Assembly (NCBI RefSeq): GCF_035594765.1
Contig: NW_026943828.1
Coordinates: forward strand, 5,175,175-5,239,174
DNA length: 64,000 bases
Reading direction: 5' to 3'
From: Anolis carolinensis
Taxonomy: Eukaryota
Within the stretch, counting starts at the first letter, position 1, and every line of letters begins with the position of its first letter. The notes beneath the pieces were generated by a model, which was given only the letters and a program-made list of their open reading frames with translations, was not told the DNA's origin and made no database searches. The translations under genes and the position numbers were made by a program. Of the stretch, positions 25,577 through 38,719 are shown in pieces.

Positions 25577-25854
25577 CATGGAGACCCTTGTGATGCGCTG
25601 CAGCATCTCCCACTGAAGGCCGTTCCCTTGGGAAGCTCACTTTCCCGTTCACAGCAGGAAGGCAGGCAGTCGGTGTCTCTCTCCCCTGATTCTTGCTCCT
25701 TGCCCTTTGCTTTTTCAGCCTGTCGCTGTGTCGCCTGGTTGGGTCCACATCCCGGTGAGTCTTCTTCGCTCCTCGTGTGGGGAGGAGGGGAGGAGCAGAG
25801 GGACCTAGACGGGGGGAGGGTGTCCCTCTTGGTTCTCTTGGACCTCTCAGCTGC

Positions 25855-26235
25855 CTTATTTATTTCGTGTCAAAAGCAGTGCATAATAAATAAATTTAAA
25901 AGTGATGAAATAAAAGAAATTGCAAGCAGCTAAATAGTTTTAGACCAAAAGTGGGCAACAGCGACCGCATTGTCCGTAGCTTTGAACAACTCCTCCTCCG
26001 TGCATGAGGCAGGGCATTGTGGGCAAGCATACATATGCGGAGTTGTTTGTTCTGCTCCACAGTCACACAAGGGGGAGGATTCCTCCAGGGAGTGCCACCT
26101 TGCCGGGTTGTCTTTTGATCTGCGCTACTTTGTGCTTGGTGTTCATGCCACGTTTCCTATATGTTAGTGTTCGATCTAAGGCGACACCAAGATATTTAGG
26201 ATGGAAACAGTGTTCGAGCTCTTGGCCTTCAATAC
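25855..26235 (-). mobile_element. Vingi/Ingi-type LINE fragments (3' end plus RT piece)
   Basis: GQELEHCFHPKYLGVALDRTLTY; TTTTGACACGAAATAAATAA 3' end. Confidence 0.65.
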
Positions 26236-26404
26236 TGTAGACCACGGTCTCCTTCTGGGATGCCTCGTGGGAATGTATTTTTGGGGGGCACCTTCTCGGC
26301 CCCACAGCCATTGCGTTGTGGGGTTTTGTAGGGTTCACTCTCAATGACATGGCTTTCTTGGGGGCTGATGACCCCTTTGGCTTTGCTTAGTAGGGACAAA
26401 GGGG

Positions 26405-26575
26405 ACTCTGAGAGGCGCCCGATGGGGGTGCTGGGGGACACCTGCTCGGACCTTTGGCCTTTGGCTTGTGGGGTGCCGCAAGGCTCGATTCCTTCCCCCA
26501 TGTTATTGGACATCCACATGAACCCGCTGGGTGAGCTCATCTGGAGCTTTGGAATTTGGTGCCATCTGTGGGCAT
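26405..26575 (+). mobile_element. L2 RT fragment
   Basis: LGDTCS..WPLACGVPQGSI.SP.L..I.M.PLGELI.SFG. Confidence 0.75.
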
Positions 26576-27104
26576 GTTTCCATGGGAGCATTGGGTAAGT
26601 ATTACTTATTCTGTTGTATCTTATCTTATTTATGGATGACACCTCTTGGTCCGTACTTAATATGTGTCATTTGCATTTTCTATGTATTTTGCTTTGTTGT
26701 TGTTTACTTAACCTTTACATTGTTTCTATATTTATCCTCATTGACTTTGTTTATACTGTTTGTATTGTTGCAAGCCGCTCCGACTCCCTTTGGTGAGAGG
26801 GGGCAGGAGATTGATGCCCCCCAGGCCTGGAAACCCCAATGATCACAGCCCCACACCAAAGCCCAGAAGAGGGAGAAGCAAGCAGTTCAGTGTAAAATAT
26901 CGAAAGGATTAGGAAAATTCCGGAACGGGGAAATAGGAAGTATATCCCAAAAGGGTTTAGCAAGAAGCAACATCCAACCGGAGTTCAAATCCCTCAATCA
27001 GATTCCAAGGCAATACAACCCAGGAATAGCCAAAAACCGCAAGAAACGCTTACGTCCACAAGCACATAAAAGGAATACAATAATATATAATAAACATTTT
27101 ATAA

Positions 27105-27434
27105 AGTAAAAGGTAAAGTTTTCCACTGACGTTACGTCCAGTCGTGTCCAACTCTGGGGGTTGGGGCTCATCTCCATTTCTAAGCCAAAAAGCCAGCATT
27201 GTCCGTAGACGTCTCGAAGGTCATGTGGCCAGCATGGCCACATGGAGCAGCGTTACTTTCCCGCCGGAGCGGTACTTATTGATCTACTCACATTGGCATG
27301 TTTTCGAACTGCTAGGTAGGCAAGAGCTGAGGCTAACAGCGGGAGCTCACCCCGCTCCCTGGATTTGAACCGCTGACCTTTCAGTCAGAAAGTTCAGCAG
27401 CTCAGCGGTTTAACCGGCTGTGCCACTGGGGGCA
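27105..27434 (-). mobile_element. Sauria SINE
   Basis: Full reverse-complement match to 20221-20552. Confidence 0.88.
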
Positions 27435-27854
27435 GCAATGGAGAACCCTGGGCCATGTCATGAGAAGACAGGAAAGTTTGGAGAAGAGAATGATGATGGG
27501 GAAAATGTAAGAGGAAGAGCGGTGTATAAATTAATTAATTAATTGAATAAATAAAAGGAAGAGGGGCCGACCGAGGGCAAGATGAGTGGATGGCATCCTT
27601 GAAGGAACTGACTCCACCTTGAAGGAGGTGCGGGTGGCCTCGGCCGACAGGGAGCTCTGGCCTGGGCTGGTCCAGGAGGTCACCAAGAGTCGGAAGGGAC
27701 CCAATGAAGAAACAACAACAGAATAGTATAATAATAGGGAAATAGAATAGAAAAATATAGAATAATCCTATAATAAATAATATAATACAATAATAGAATT
27801 TAATAATATAACAATAATATAAACATATTAACAGAATAATAATAATAATACAAG

Positions 27855-28685
27855 TGTTATGAACCGAAAGGGTTCCTGTTCTTTTGATGGATGCAGAGTG
27901 TTTAGGGAATCGTGATGGATCAATGAGGCTCAGAGGCCAAATTTGGTTTTAACACTTTCATTGTAACATTTATTGATAATCACATCACAATCCTATCAAA
28001 ATCACATCCCGAGAGAGCTCTCACCCACACGCAGATCCATACATCCATATTCTCACGCACAGGCCCTGCTCGGAAGAGGCGATCACGTTCTCCCGACAGA
28101 CGTGGTCTCGGTGGTTCCGGAAAGCGTGCTGGATCTTTGAGGCCCCTGCATTTGATAGTCTAAAGCAGGGGTCCCCAAACGAAGGCCCGTGGGCCAGATG
28201 CGGCCCCCAAGGTCATTGACCTGGCCCCTGTCCTGAACTTTAGACTTGGGGTTGTCCTAAGTCTGAAATGACTTGAAGGCACACAACAACAACAATCCTA
28301 ATTTTGGACTATTTCTTCATAGTCCAGCCCCCCCAATAGTCTGAAGGACCGTGAACCGGCCCCCCACTTCAAAAGTTTGAGGACCCCTGGCCTAAAGTTT
28401 CGTCCTTCTTTCGGTTCCTTCTGTTCTTACGGCCTGGTTTCAAAACATGCTCAGTCTCAGGCTGCATGACGTATGGGGTGCCAGCTGCACACTTCATTGC
28501 CCGTGGTTATTCGGATAGGCCTTCCTGGACCCTCGTTCCGTCTTGCCAGGTGAGAGACGCCTTGCTGATTCCTTGCTTCACCCGCCAAGTCCATCCCATG
28601 TCAGACTTTGCGTGGACCATTTTCTTTTGAGGCCTGTTTCTTCTGTTCTTCACAAGCACCCACACAAACACTCCACTTCCTTACA
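27855..28685 (-). mobile_element. Probable solo LTR with nested hAT MITE; duplicate at about 47670-48487
   Basis: Minus strand TGTAAG...ATAACA with AATAAA about 115 nt before the end. Confidence 0.55.
28166..28389. mobile_element. hAT MITE; duplicate at 47967-48190
   Basis: TIR CAGGGGTCC(C/T)CAAAC; 8-bp TSD GTCTAAAG/GCCTAAAG. Confidence 0.9.
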
Positions 28686-29661
28686 CACACACACACACAC
28701 CCTTGATACATCAAGACTAATTTATTGTATACATGTCTGATTCAGTGTCAATTATATGTCTATAATCCATTTTATATAGTTATATAGTTAACATGCACCA
28801 CAATTCATAATAGCGGTTCTAAGCATTACAATTTGTTTTCAAATACAGAAAATCGATAAGTCAGCCATTTCTACCCACCCCTCCAGTTTCAGCCGTTTTG
28901 ACCCTTATAAATCACCCTATTTTTTGAAAATAAAAAAATTAAAAGTAACAATACAAGGAAGGCAGAAATAATTTATAATGCTTCAACTGAACATGAAACT
29001 AACTACTACATGAGATACAAAACTAAATCAGAAACTAACACACTTGCAAAACAGTGACCTACATAGACACACAACTGAACTAACAAACAGACAGGGATAC
29101 GTGCCTAAAAGCCTCATTCTATCTGTTAATTTTTATCTCTCATTATTCTACTCCCTTTAGATAATATCATATAACACTTCTATTTGTTATAACACTTTTC
29201 CAATTAATACCTATTACAACTGACATTTGCCCATGTTGTTGTTGTCAGTTTGTTCGTTGTGGCTAATTTGCAGATCTTCATAAGCCATTGTTTTTGCTTT
29301 GGAATAAAACATTCCTTCCATCCCTGTGTACAGTCAATTCTTACTTGAGTATCTCGCAGTAACTACTCATGCTTTCATTCTAATTGATCATCCAACATTC
29401 TCAGCATATAAAACTCTAGTTTCATGTAACCTTGTTTACTTCCAGAATGGAACATATTTTAGTTCAATCTTTCTACAATACACCACATGTGATGAAATGT
29501 CCCAACTTTAAGCTTGAATTTCCAAAATGTGCAAGAGTTGCTTTTGTACATGTTAGAATGACACTCTGGGGTCAATTAACATCATTCTCTCCAGGTTGAA
29601 TTCTATGATGTCCATGTATAACCTTATTCCATGAAAGGCTCTATCCACACTCCATGCATTT

Positions 29662-31191
29662 CTACGGTGTCTCCCCAGTGTGAGTCCTTTGATGTGAACG
29701 TAAAGTTCCACTCTGAGCAAAGCTCTGTCCACACTCCAGGCATTTATAAGGTTTCTCCCCAGTGTGAGTCCTTTGATGTGAGTGTAGATTTGACCTATGA
29801 GTGAAGCTCTGTCCACACTCAAGGCATGTATAGGGTTTCTCCCCAGTGTGAGTCCTTTGATGTGAACGTAAAGTTCCACTCTGAGCAAAGCTCTGTCCAC
29901 ACTCCAGGCATTTATAGGTTTTCTCCCCAGTGTGAGTCCTTTGATGTCTGTGTAGGCCTGAACTATGAGTGAAGCTCTGTCCACACTCAAGGCATGTATA
30001 GGGTTTCTCCCCAGTGTGAGTCCTTTCATGTGAATGTAAGTGTCCCTTCTGAGCAAAGCTCTGTCCACACTCCAGGCAGTTATAGGGTTTCTCCCCAGTG
30101 TGAGTCCTTTGATGTGTACGTAGGCCTGAACTATGAGTGAAGCTTTGTCCACACTCCAGACAGTTATAGGGTTTCTCCCCAGTGTGAGTCCTTTGATGTC
30201 TACGTAGGCCTGAACTCTGAGTGAAGCTCTGTCCACACTCCAGGCAGTTATAGGGTTTCTCTCCAGTGTGAGTCCTTTGATGTGATCGTAGGCCTGAACT
30301 ATGAGTGAAGCTCTGTCCACACTCCAGGCAGTTATAGTGTTTCTCCCCACTGTGAGTCCTTTGATGTGAATGTAAGTGTCCCTTCTGAGCAAAGGTCTGT
30401 CCACACTCCAGGCAGTTATAGGGTTTCTCCCCAGTGTGAGTCCTTTGATGTCTACGTAGTCCTGAACTATGAATGAAGCTCTGTCCGCACTCAAGGCAAT
30501 TATAGGGTTTCTCCCCACTGTGAGTCCTTTGATGTGAATGTAATTGTCCCTTCTGAGTAAAGCTCTGTCCACACTTCAGGCAGTTATAGGGTTTATCCAC
30601 AGTGTGAGTCCTTTGATGTCTACGTAGGCCTGAACTACGAGTGAAGCTTTGTCCACACTCCAGGCATTTATAGGGTTTCTCCCCAGTGTGAGTCCTTTGA
30701 TGTCTGCGTAGGCCTGAACTATGAGTGAAGCTCTGTCCACACTCCAGGCATTTATAGGGTTTCTCCCCAGTGTGAGTCCTTTGATGTGTATGTAAGCTTC
30801 CCTTCTGAGCAAAGCTCTGTCCACACTCCAGGCAGTTATAGGGTTTCTCCCCAGTGTGAATCCTTTGATGTGAACATAGGCCTGAACTATGGGTGAAGTT
30901 CTGTCCACACTCCAGGCATGTATAGGGTTTCTCCCCAGTGTGAATCCTTTGATGTGAATGTAAGCTTCCCTTCTGAGTGAAGCTCTGTCCACACTCCAGG
31001 CAGTTATAGGGTTTCTCCCCAGTGTGAGTCCTTTGATGTGAATGTAAGTGTCCCTTCTGAGTGAAGCTCTGTCCACACTCCAGGCAGTTATAGGGTTTCT
31101 CCCCAGAGTGAGTCCTTTGATGTGTCTTCAGTTTTCCATGCTGACTAAACGTCTTTCCACATTCGATACATTTATATGCTTTCTCCTCCAT
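29662..31191 (-). CDS. C2H2 zinc-finger protein ZF2, 18 fingers (alternative ATG at 31218)
   Basis: Uninterrupted ORF of 28-aa C2H2 repeats; gacATGG start. Confidence 0.92.
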   Translation of the reverse strand: MEEKAYKCIECGKTFSQHGKLKTHQRTHSGEKPYNCLECGQSFTQKGHLHSHQRTHTGEKPYNCLECGQSFTQKGSLHSHQRIHTGEKPYTCLECGQNFTHSSGLCSHQRIHTGEKPYNCLECGQSFAQKGSLHTHQRTHTGEKPYKCLECGQSFTHSSGLRRHQRTHTGEKPYKCLECGQSFTRSSGLRRHQRTHTVDKPYNCLKCGQSFTQKGQLHSHQRTHSGEKPYNCLECGQSFIHSSGLRRHQRTHTGEKPYNCLECGQTFAQKGHLHSHQRTHSGEKHYNCLECGQSFTHSSGLRSHQRTHTGEKPYNCLECGQSFTQSSGLRRHQRTHTGEKPYNCLECGQSFTHSSGLRTHQRTHTGEKPYNCLECGQSFAQKGHLHSHERTHTGEKPYTCLECGQSFTHSSGLHRHQRTHTGEKTYKCLECGQSFAQSGTLRSHQRTHTGEKPYTCLECGQSFTHRSNLHSHQRTHTGEKPYKCLECGQSFAQSGTLRSHQRTHTGETP

Positions 31192-31267
31192 GTCAACAGA
31201 GTTATGTGCTATGTACATTTAATTCCAATATGGACACTTGATTCTTGTTTTTCCCTTTCTGATCACT

Positions 31268-31512
31268 CACAGCAGTAGGTTCAAATAACAGGAAAGTAGA
31301 TTCCATCTGAACATTAAGAAGAACTTCCTGACTGTAAGAGCTGTTCGGCAGTGAAACTCTCTGCCTCAAAATGTAGTGGAGGCTCCTCTGGAATCCTTTA
31401 ACCAGAGGCCAGATGCACATCTGTCAGGGGTCCTTTGCACTTTCCTTGCACGGCAGAGGCCTGGATTGGGTGCCTCCTGCAGTCTCTTCCGACTCTTCCG
31501 TTCTGCTCTATA
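31268..31512 (+). mobile_element. CR1 3' fragment, antisense to ZF2
   Basis: Homologous to 5335-5574 at the same position relative to the array. Confidence 0.85.
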
Positions 31513-32341
31513 ATCCAAAGTGAATGTAGGAATTCAGCAAGATCACAAAGTCAGTGTTTTAATTGTCCAAAACTCATAAGACTGTGGGTGAACTACAACT
31601 CCCATCATGCCAAGTTAAACCCCAGAAACTCCATCAATACTTCCAAGTTTGTATGTTGGGTAAGTTAGCTCTTGACGCATCACGAGTGGGGTCCAGTGTG
31701 CTTACTGGCTGTAGGGTGAACTACAACTCCCACCATGGTGAGTCTGTCCCCTCCAACTCCTCCAGTAGGTTGAGTTACATGGGGTTCCGTGTGCCAAGTG
31801 TGGTCCAGATCCATCATCAGTGGAGGTCGCACTTTCCGTGGTTGTGGGTGAACTACAACTCCCAGAAAGGAAGATCAGTCCCTCCAAACCCCTCCAGTAA
31901 TCACATCTCGGCATATCAGGTCCGTGTGCCAAGTCTTGTCAAGATCCATCCGTGTTTGGGTTCACAGTCCTCTCTGGATGCAGGTGAACTACAACTCCCC
32001 CAAATCAAGGTGAATTCCCCCCAAAGACCTCCAGTATTTTTTGCTGGTCATGTGGGTTCTGTTTGACAAGTTAGTTCCAGGTCAATTGTTGGTGGAGTTC
32101 AGAGTCCTCATTGATTGTTGGTGAACTATACATTCCAATATGGGTGAACTATAACTCTTGGAAGTCGAGGTCAATCGCCCCCAAACCCCATCAGTATGCA
32201 AAGTTGGCCGTGTTGGGCCTGTGTGCCAAGTGAGTTCCAGGTCCATCATTGGTGGGGTTCAGAGTGCAGTTCTTAGATTGCAGGTGAACTATACATCCCA
32301 GTCCCTACAACTCCTCTAAATCAGGGCCAGTTCTCCCCAGA

Positions 32342-32383
<42 letters not shown>

Positions 32384-32744
32384 GTCTGTTCAGCTGCTGA
32401 TCAATTCCTCTGTTTGCTGTGTGCCAAAGGGAGGGGGGAGGGAGGGGGGAGGGAAAACATAAAAATATATTATTATAAAAATAATAGTATAATATCATAA
32501 AAAGAATACAATAATATAAAATAAAATATTATAATTATTTTTAATATTATATCATGATTACAATTAGACTTTGGTCAAAGCACAGGGTTGTATAGGGGTA
32601 GATTAGTATGAAGCCCAAACGAGGGCATCGATGACAAATCGGATAGGATACTTATATCATTATATTATGATAAAATAGTAATAATAATATATTAATAATC
32701 ATACGATAATGTAAAATTGTAATATAATACATTATGAGGACTGT

Positions 32745-33640
32745 ATCTCCTTCCTGACCTTCCCGCCCTCTTCTCTCCCTCGGTGGCGGAGGCGGGGGGC
32801 CCCAGAGCGGGGTGAGCCTGGCCCTGCCCTGCCCACGGCCTCGAGCCCGCACGGGAACCGAACTCCCCGGAGACTCAGGGCTTCCAGGCCTCGGAGGGAG
32901 GGAGGGAGGGAGGGAGGGACCGACCGGGAGGCCTCGTCCCCCTGCAGCCCCAGCGCCGCCCTCGGGGCCCCACCCGCCACGGGCCCGGCACTCCCTCCCT
33001 CCCTCCCTCCCTCCCTCGGCACACAGGCAGGCCCCTCGGCGCCCTCCCGCCCGCCCTCCTGCCTGGCGGGGTCCGGGGTGACCGGCCAAGGCCTGGGAGC
33101 CCTCGCTCGCCCGCCCTCAGAGAACACGGCCCTCCCTCCCTCCCGGCGCCGCCTTCTCTCTCGGCCACCGCCATCTTCCATCAAAGGAGGGTTGGGAGGC
33201 ACGCAGCCAATGGGGGCCTCCGGTGGGCGGGGCGTCCCGGGCTCAGCCAATGGGAGGGGCGAGGGCGGGCTCCGGGGAAGGAGGAAGACGAGGAGGAAGA
33301 TGGCGGCGCCTCGCTTCTCTTGAGGCCTGGTCTGTGTTTCTGAGGCGGGAAGGAAGAGAACGGAGAGAGAGAGGGAGACAGAGGGAGAGAGAGAGGTCTG
33401 TGGGGAGAGGGAGGGAGGGGGGCTCGCCTGGGGTGCCCGGGGGGGGGGGGGGACGCGGAGGGCCCGGCCTGCCTCGGGAGTGAGGGAAGGAGGCCGCGGG
33501 AGGGAGGGAGGGCGAGTGTGAGGCCGGGCCCGTCCTCGGAGGAGGGGGGGAGGACTCCAACTCCCAGGATGCCCTCCTCCCCAGACGGGTCTCCACGGGA
33601 CGCCTCACGGGCTGGGAGGTCTCCCCAGTGGGGTCCCTTC
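32745..33640. promoter_or_regulatory. Bidirectional CpG-island promoter between ZF2 (-) and ZF3 (+)
   Basis: Outward-facing YY1-type AAGATGGCGG at 33168-33177 (-) and 33297-33306 (+), flanking CCAAT boxes (33207, 33247) and GC boxes. Confidence 0.85.
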
Positions 33641-35159
33641 CTCTGTCCGTCCCGTTGTGTCTCTAGGATCCACCTGCTCTCTTGTTTCCCTCATGTTCAG
33701 ACTTTCTCAGCCTCTTTGGGTCCCGAGAGGGAGAAGAAAACGAAATAAATAGAGATTTTATGAATGTTATTATGATTAACCAGGCCTGCCTGCAAGCTGC
33801 CCGTGTGGGGCCTGTCTGCCAAGCCTGGTCCAGGCCTGACCTCATCCGGGTTCCCTCCTTCCTGGCTGCAGGTGAAGAACTACAACTCCCAAAACCAAGG
33901 CCCCTTCCCCTCCATCAGGGATTTCAATACCTTCTCAGCCGCTTTGGGTCCCGAGAGGGAGGAGAGAGGGATGTAAATAGAGATCTGTTGCTATTATTAT
34001 TATTATTATTATTATTATTAAACCAGGCCTGCATGCACAGCTACACTGTAGTCCAGATCTGACCTCGGCTGGGTTCGGGGCTTTCTGGATGCGGATTTCT
34101 ATTCCCACCGACCCTTGCAGTGTGTTCAGTGGGTCAAGGGGCGCCTCTGGGCCAAGTCTACTCCCGGTCCATTGTCAGTGGGGGTCACAGTTTCTCTACA
34201 TGTGGGTGAACTATAACTCCCCAAACCCAGACCCATTCCCAGTGACCCCTGCCGTATCTTCTGTTGGTCAAGGGGCTTCTCTGGGTCAAGTCTGGTCCCA
34301 CTACATACTCACTGGGGGTCACAGTGTCAGTGAAGGTACTGCAAGTCCCATCATCAGTGACACGTTTGATCCAGATCCATCCTTGGTTGGGTCGACAGTG
34401 CTCTCTGGGTGATGGTCAAGTACACGGGAGGTAGATCCAACATGGGCTTCGAACCCTTGGCCTTTCTTTGGGTCAGCAGTAATCTCTTGCATCTGGCTCT
34501 TAACCATCTGCGCCACAGCCCGGTCCCTCCCCCCTCCTCCCCAGACCCCCCTCGGGTGTCCTCTGGGCATCATGCCGGGAGGAGGGCGAGGCAGGCCGCA
34601 GCCAAGTGTGCTCAGAGGGCTCTCAGCCGCCTTCCGTGCCTCCCTCGAGCCACCCTCCTGCATACGGATGGGGAGGAGGGTGAGACGTGCAGTGGCTGGG
34701 AGCGCTCCAGAAGGTTCTCAGCTGCTACGTGCCTTCCTCCTCGTATTTTGGCCTGAGGATGCGGCCGGCCACCCTGTCCTTATGCCAAGAGGACAGGGAA
34801 CGTGAGGAGGGGGCCACAGGGAAGCGCCCGGGGGCCACATCCACCCCACCCTCCCCAGGGCCTTACTTTGCCCATGCCTGCCTTAGGGGGAGAATAGCCG
34901 TCTATAAATGTAGTAAATCAATAAATATATACTCCGTTTTGCACAAGCCCTTGCCCTGCCTTCTCGAATCTGATCGTGCCCACTTTTTCTGCTTACTGGT
35001 CGGTTGATTATGTAGTTTTATGGTGTTTTTACCTTTTCTCGTTTCAGTTGTTTTAATTATATGGTTTTTTGTTATACGTTTTTTAATTGTGTTTTACCTT
35101 GGGATCCTTGTTTATGCTGGGCTTGGTCCCCATGAAAGCCGCCCCGAGTCACTTCAGGG

Positions 35160-35500
35160 AGAGAGATGGTGTCCGAGCTCTTGGCCTTCCCAAGTAACTT
35201 TCAGTCTCCTGTTGGCTTCATGGTTACGTAGGTGGAAAGCACACACTTGTGTCTTGGAAGGGTTAGGCTTCAGGTTGTTCTCTTTGTAGTAGCTGGAGAG
35301 ATCTTTCAAGGAAGTAGTGAGTTGGCTTTCAACTGTTTCAAAATCTTTTGTTTGTGTTGTTAAGGCCCAGGTCATCAGCACTCTTTGTGAGTGGTGGTAG
35401 TGGCTGATCATTCGTGAAGATGTTAAATAAGGTCGGTGCAAGAATGCTGCCTTGGGGCAAACCATTCTGTTGCCTCTTCCATCTACTTTTCTGGCCCTGA
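35160..35500 (-). mobile_element. Vingi/Ingi-type LINE RT fragment
   Basis: GLPQGSILAPTLFNIFTND...ADDL...LKPNPSKTQVCAFHLRN. Confidence 0.75.
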
Positions 35501-35811
35501 AACTCCGAGCTGGGGCAAGGGAAAGGCCTGTGCAATACAGCTAAGAGGGCAGGGCTGATGGCAAAGCAGATGATAAGTTAAGGCTGGAAGGGCCAATCAG
35601 ATTAGTACAGTACAAATCCAGGTCAGGGACAATAGTAAAGTGCAAGGGCCGAGAATTAAGTTATGGCTAGAGAGATCCAGTCATTTAGTGAACCGAATCA
35701 ATCAAAGGCACATTGGAACAAACAAGATTTTAGGTCTTTACAAAAAGTGGGCAGGGTGGGCGCTAGTCCCAGGAATGTGTGGGCTGGGCAGGAGAGGGTT
35801 TAAAGGTCTTT

Positions 35812-35940
35812 NNNNNNNNNNNNNNNNNNNNNNNNNNNNNNNNNNNNNNNNNNNNNNNNNNNNNNNNNNNNNNNNNNNNNNNNNNNNNNNNNNNNNNNNN
35901 NNNNNNNNNNNNNNNNNNNNNNNNNNNNNNNNNNNNNNNN
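35812..35940. other. Assembly gap (129 N)
   Basis: Run of N. Confidence 1.
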
Positions 35941-36784
35941 CCTCCTCTCTCTTCTCCGCCTCCTCCTCCTCCTCCTCCTCCTTTGGGCCGGGATCACAGG
36001 GGTGGGAGGGCCAGAAGCTTCCTTGAGGCCACAAGGCTGCAGTCGAGGGAGGGCAAGCTCATGCTTCACCACTGGCGGATGCGCTGAGGGAGAAGCACCC
36101 GGCTCCTCCTCCTTGTCAGCCACAACATGGCTTTGAATTGGCCAGTTGGGAATGCAGGTCCTTGTTAGTTTGGAAGATTCATTTGGGAAATGTGGCAAGA
36201 GTGACCCTTTGAGATGCTGAGGAAGCAGAGTGGGGAGTCCCTGTGGCATGGGAGATAATGACGTAATCAATAAAGAAATCCTTGTTCCTTTGAGCATTTA
36301 GCACAATTCTGGTAATTCACGGAAACCCATGATCCAGAATATGTTACACCCTTGAATGTTGGGAGGAATTCTGCCTACCTGCCTGCCTTGTGTTCCTTTA
36401 ACCACGTTTGGGTCTGACCCAATGAAATTAGTGTGGTCCTCCAATATGGGAAAAGGGTTCAGTTCCTTCCTTCCGTGATTCCTTCCTTCTCTTATCCTGT
36501 CCTTCTGTGTTTCCTCCCTTCCATCTTTCCTTTCTTCTTTCCTTTTTCGCTTTGTTTACCTTGAGCCAGAGGTATGCGGCTTCATGTCTAACCTTTTGCT
36601 TCTTCTTTCTTGACCAGGACATGAGAGTTCTTTGGAGCCACCCCTGCCGTGATGGGAAATGAACCAGCTTCTAGTAGATATTAAGGATTTTGGAAACCAA
36701 AGTGCAGTAAGAAAACCAGTCCTCTAGGAAAAAGGATTCCTCTCAAGGGGCTGATCCTGCTGAATTCCTACATTCACTTTGGAT

Positions 36785-38205
<1,421 letters not shown>

Positions 38206-38400
38206 AAATGCATGGAGTGAGGACAGAGTTTTTCACAGAATAACATTATACATAGACATCATAGAATTCACCCTGGAGAGAATGGTGTTAATTGACACCA
38301 GAGTGTCATTCTAACACGTAGAAAAGCAACTCTTGCAAATTTTCGAAATGCAAGCTCAAAGTTGGGACATTTCATCACATGTGGTGTATTGTAGAAAGAT

Positions 38401-38719
38401 TGTTCCCTCACTTATCCCGGGGGTTAGGTTCCAGTACCACTCGCAATAAGTGAAAATCCGCGAAGTAGGGATGCTATATATTTCTACATTATTTTAGTAG
38501 TTATACACTATTTTAAGTCTTTATCAAGAAATTATGTGTTGATCAATCGCCGCCTCCTCCTCTTGTTGCCGCTTGGGCTCCTTTTCTCTCCCTTTGGCTT
38601 CTCCTTCCTCCCTTCCTTAGGCTGTACATTGTAATTTTTTTATAGTAGTCTTTTAGAGTTTATTGAAAAACCGCAAAACAGCGAATCCGCAAAGAGCGAA
38701 GTAGTGAGGGAACTCTGTA
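38401..38719. mobile_element. Tigger/pogo-like MITE in the ZF3 3' region
   Basis: TGTTCCCTCACT...AGTGAGGGAACTCTG-TA inverted ends; absent from the homologous ZF2 3' region (about 29450-29475). Confidence 0.7.

Larger units (their letters stand above)
17105..26035 (+). repeat. Segmental duplication block A, direct repeat of about 38900-47660
   Basis: Colinear near-identical sequence and ORFs (18753/39604, 19029/39919, 22649/43502, 24125/44696). Confidence 0.95.
27870..32725 (+). repeat. Segmental duplication block B (contains ZF2), near-identical direct repeat at about 47670-52345 (contains ZF4)
   Basis: Identical or near-identical ORFs 31048/50670, 31202/50824, 31435/51057. Confidence 0.96.

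Noticed and set aside
29662-31218. Calling any array PRDM9 or a named ZNF ortholog
   Set aside because: No KRAB, SSXRD or PR/SET exons recognised; the similarity is in evolutionary behaviour only.
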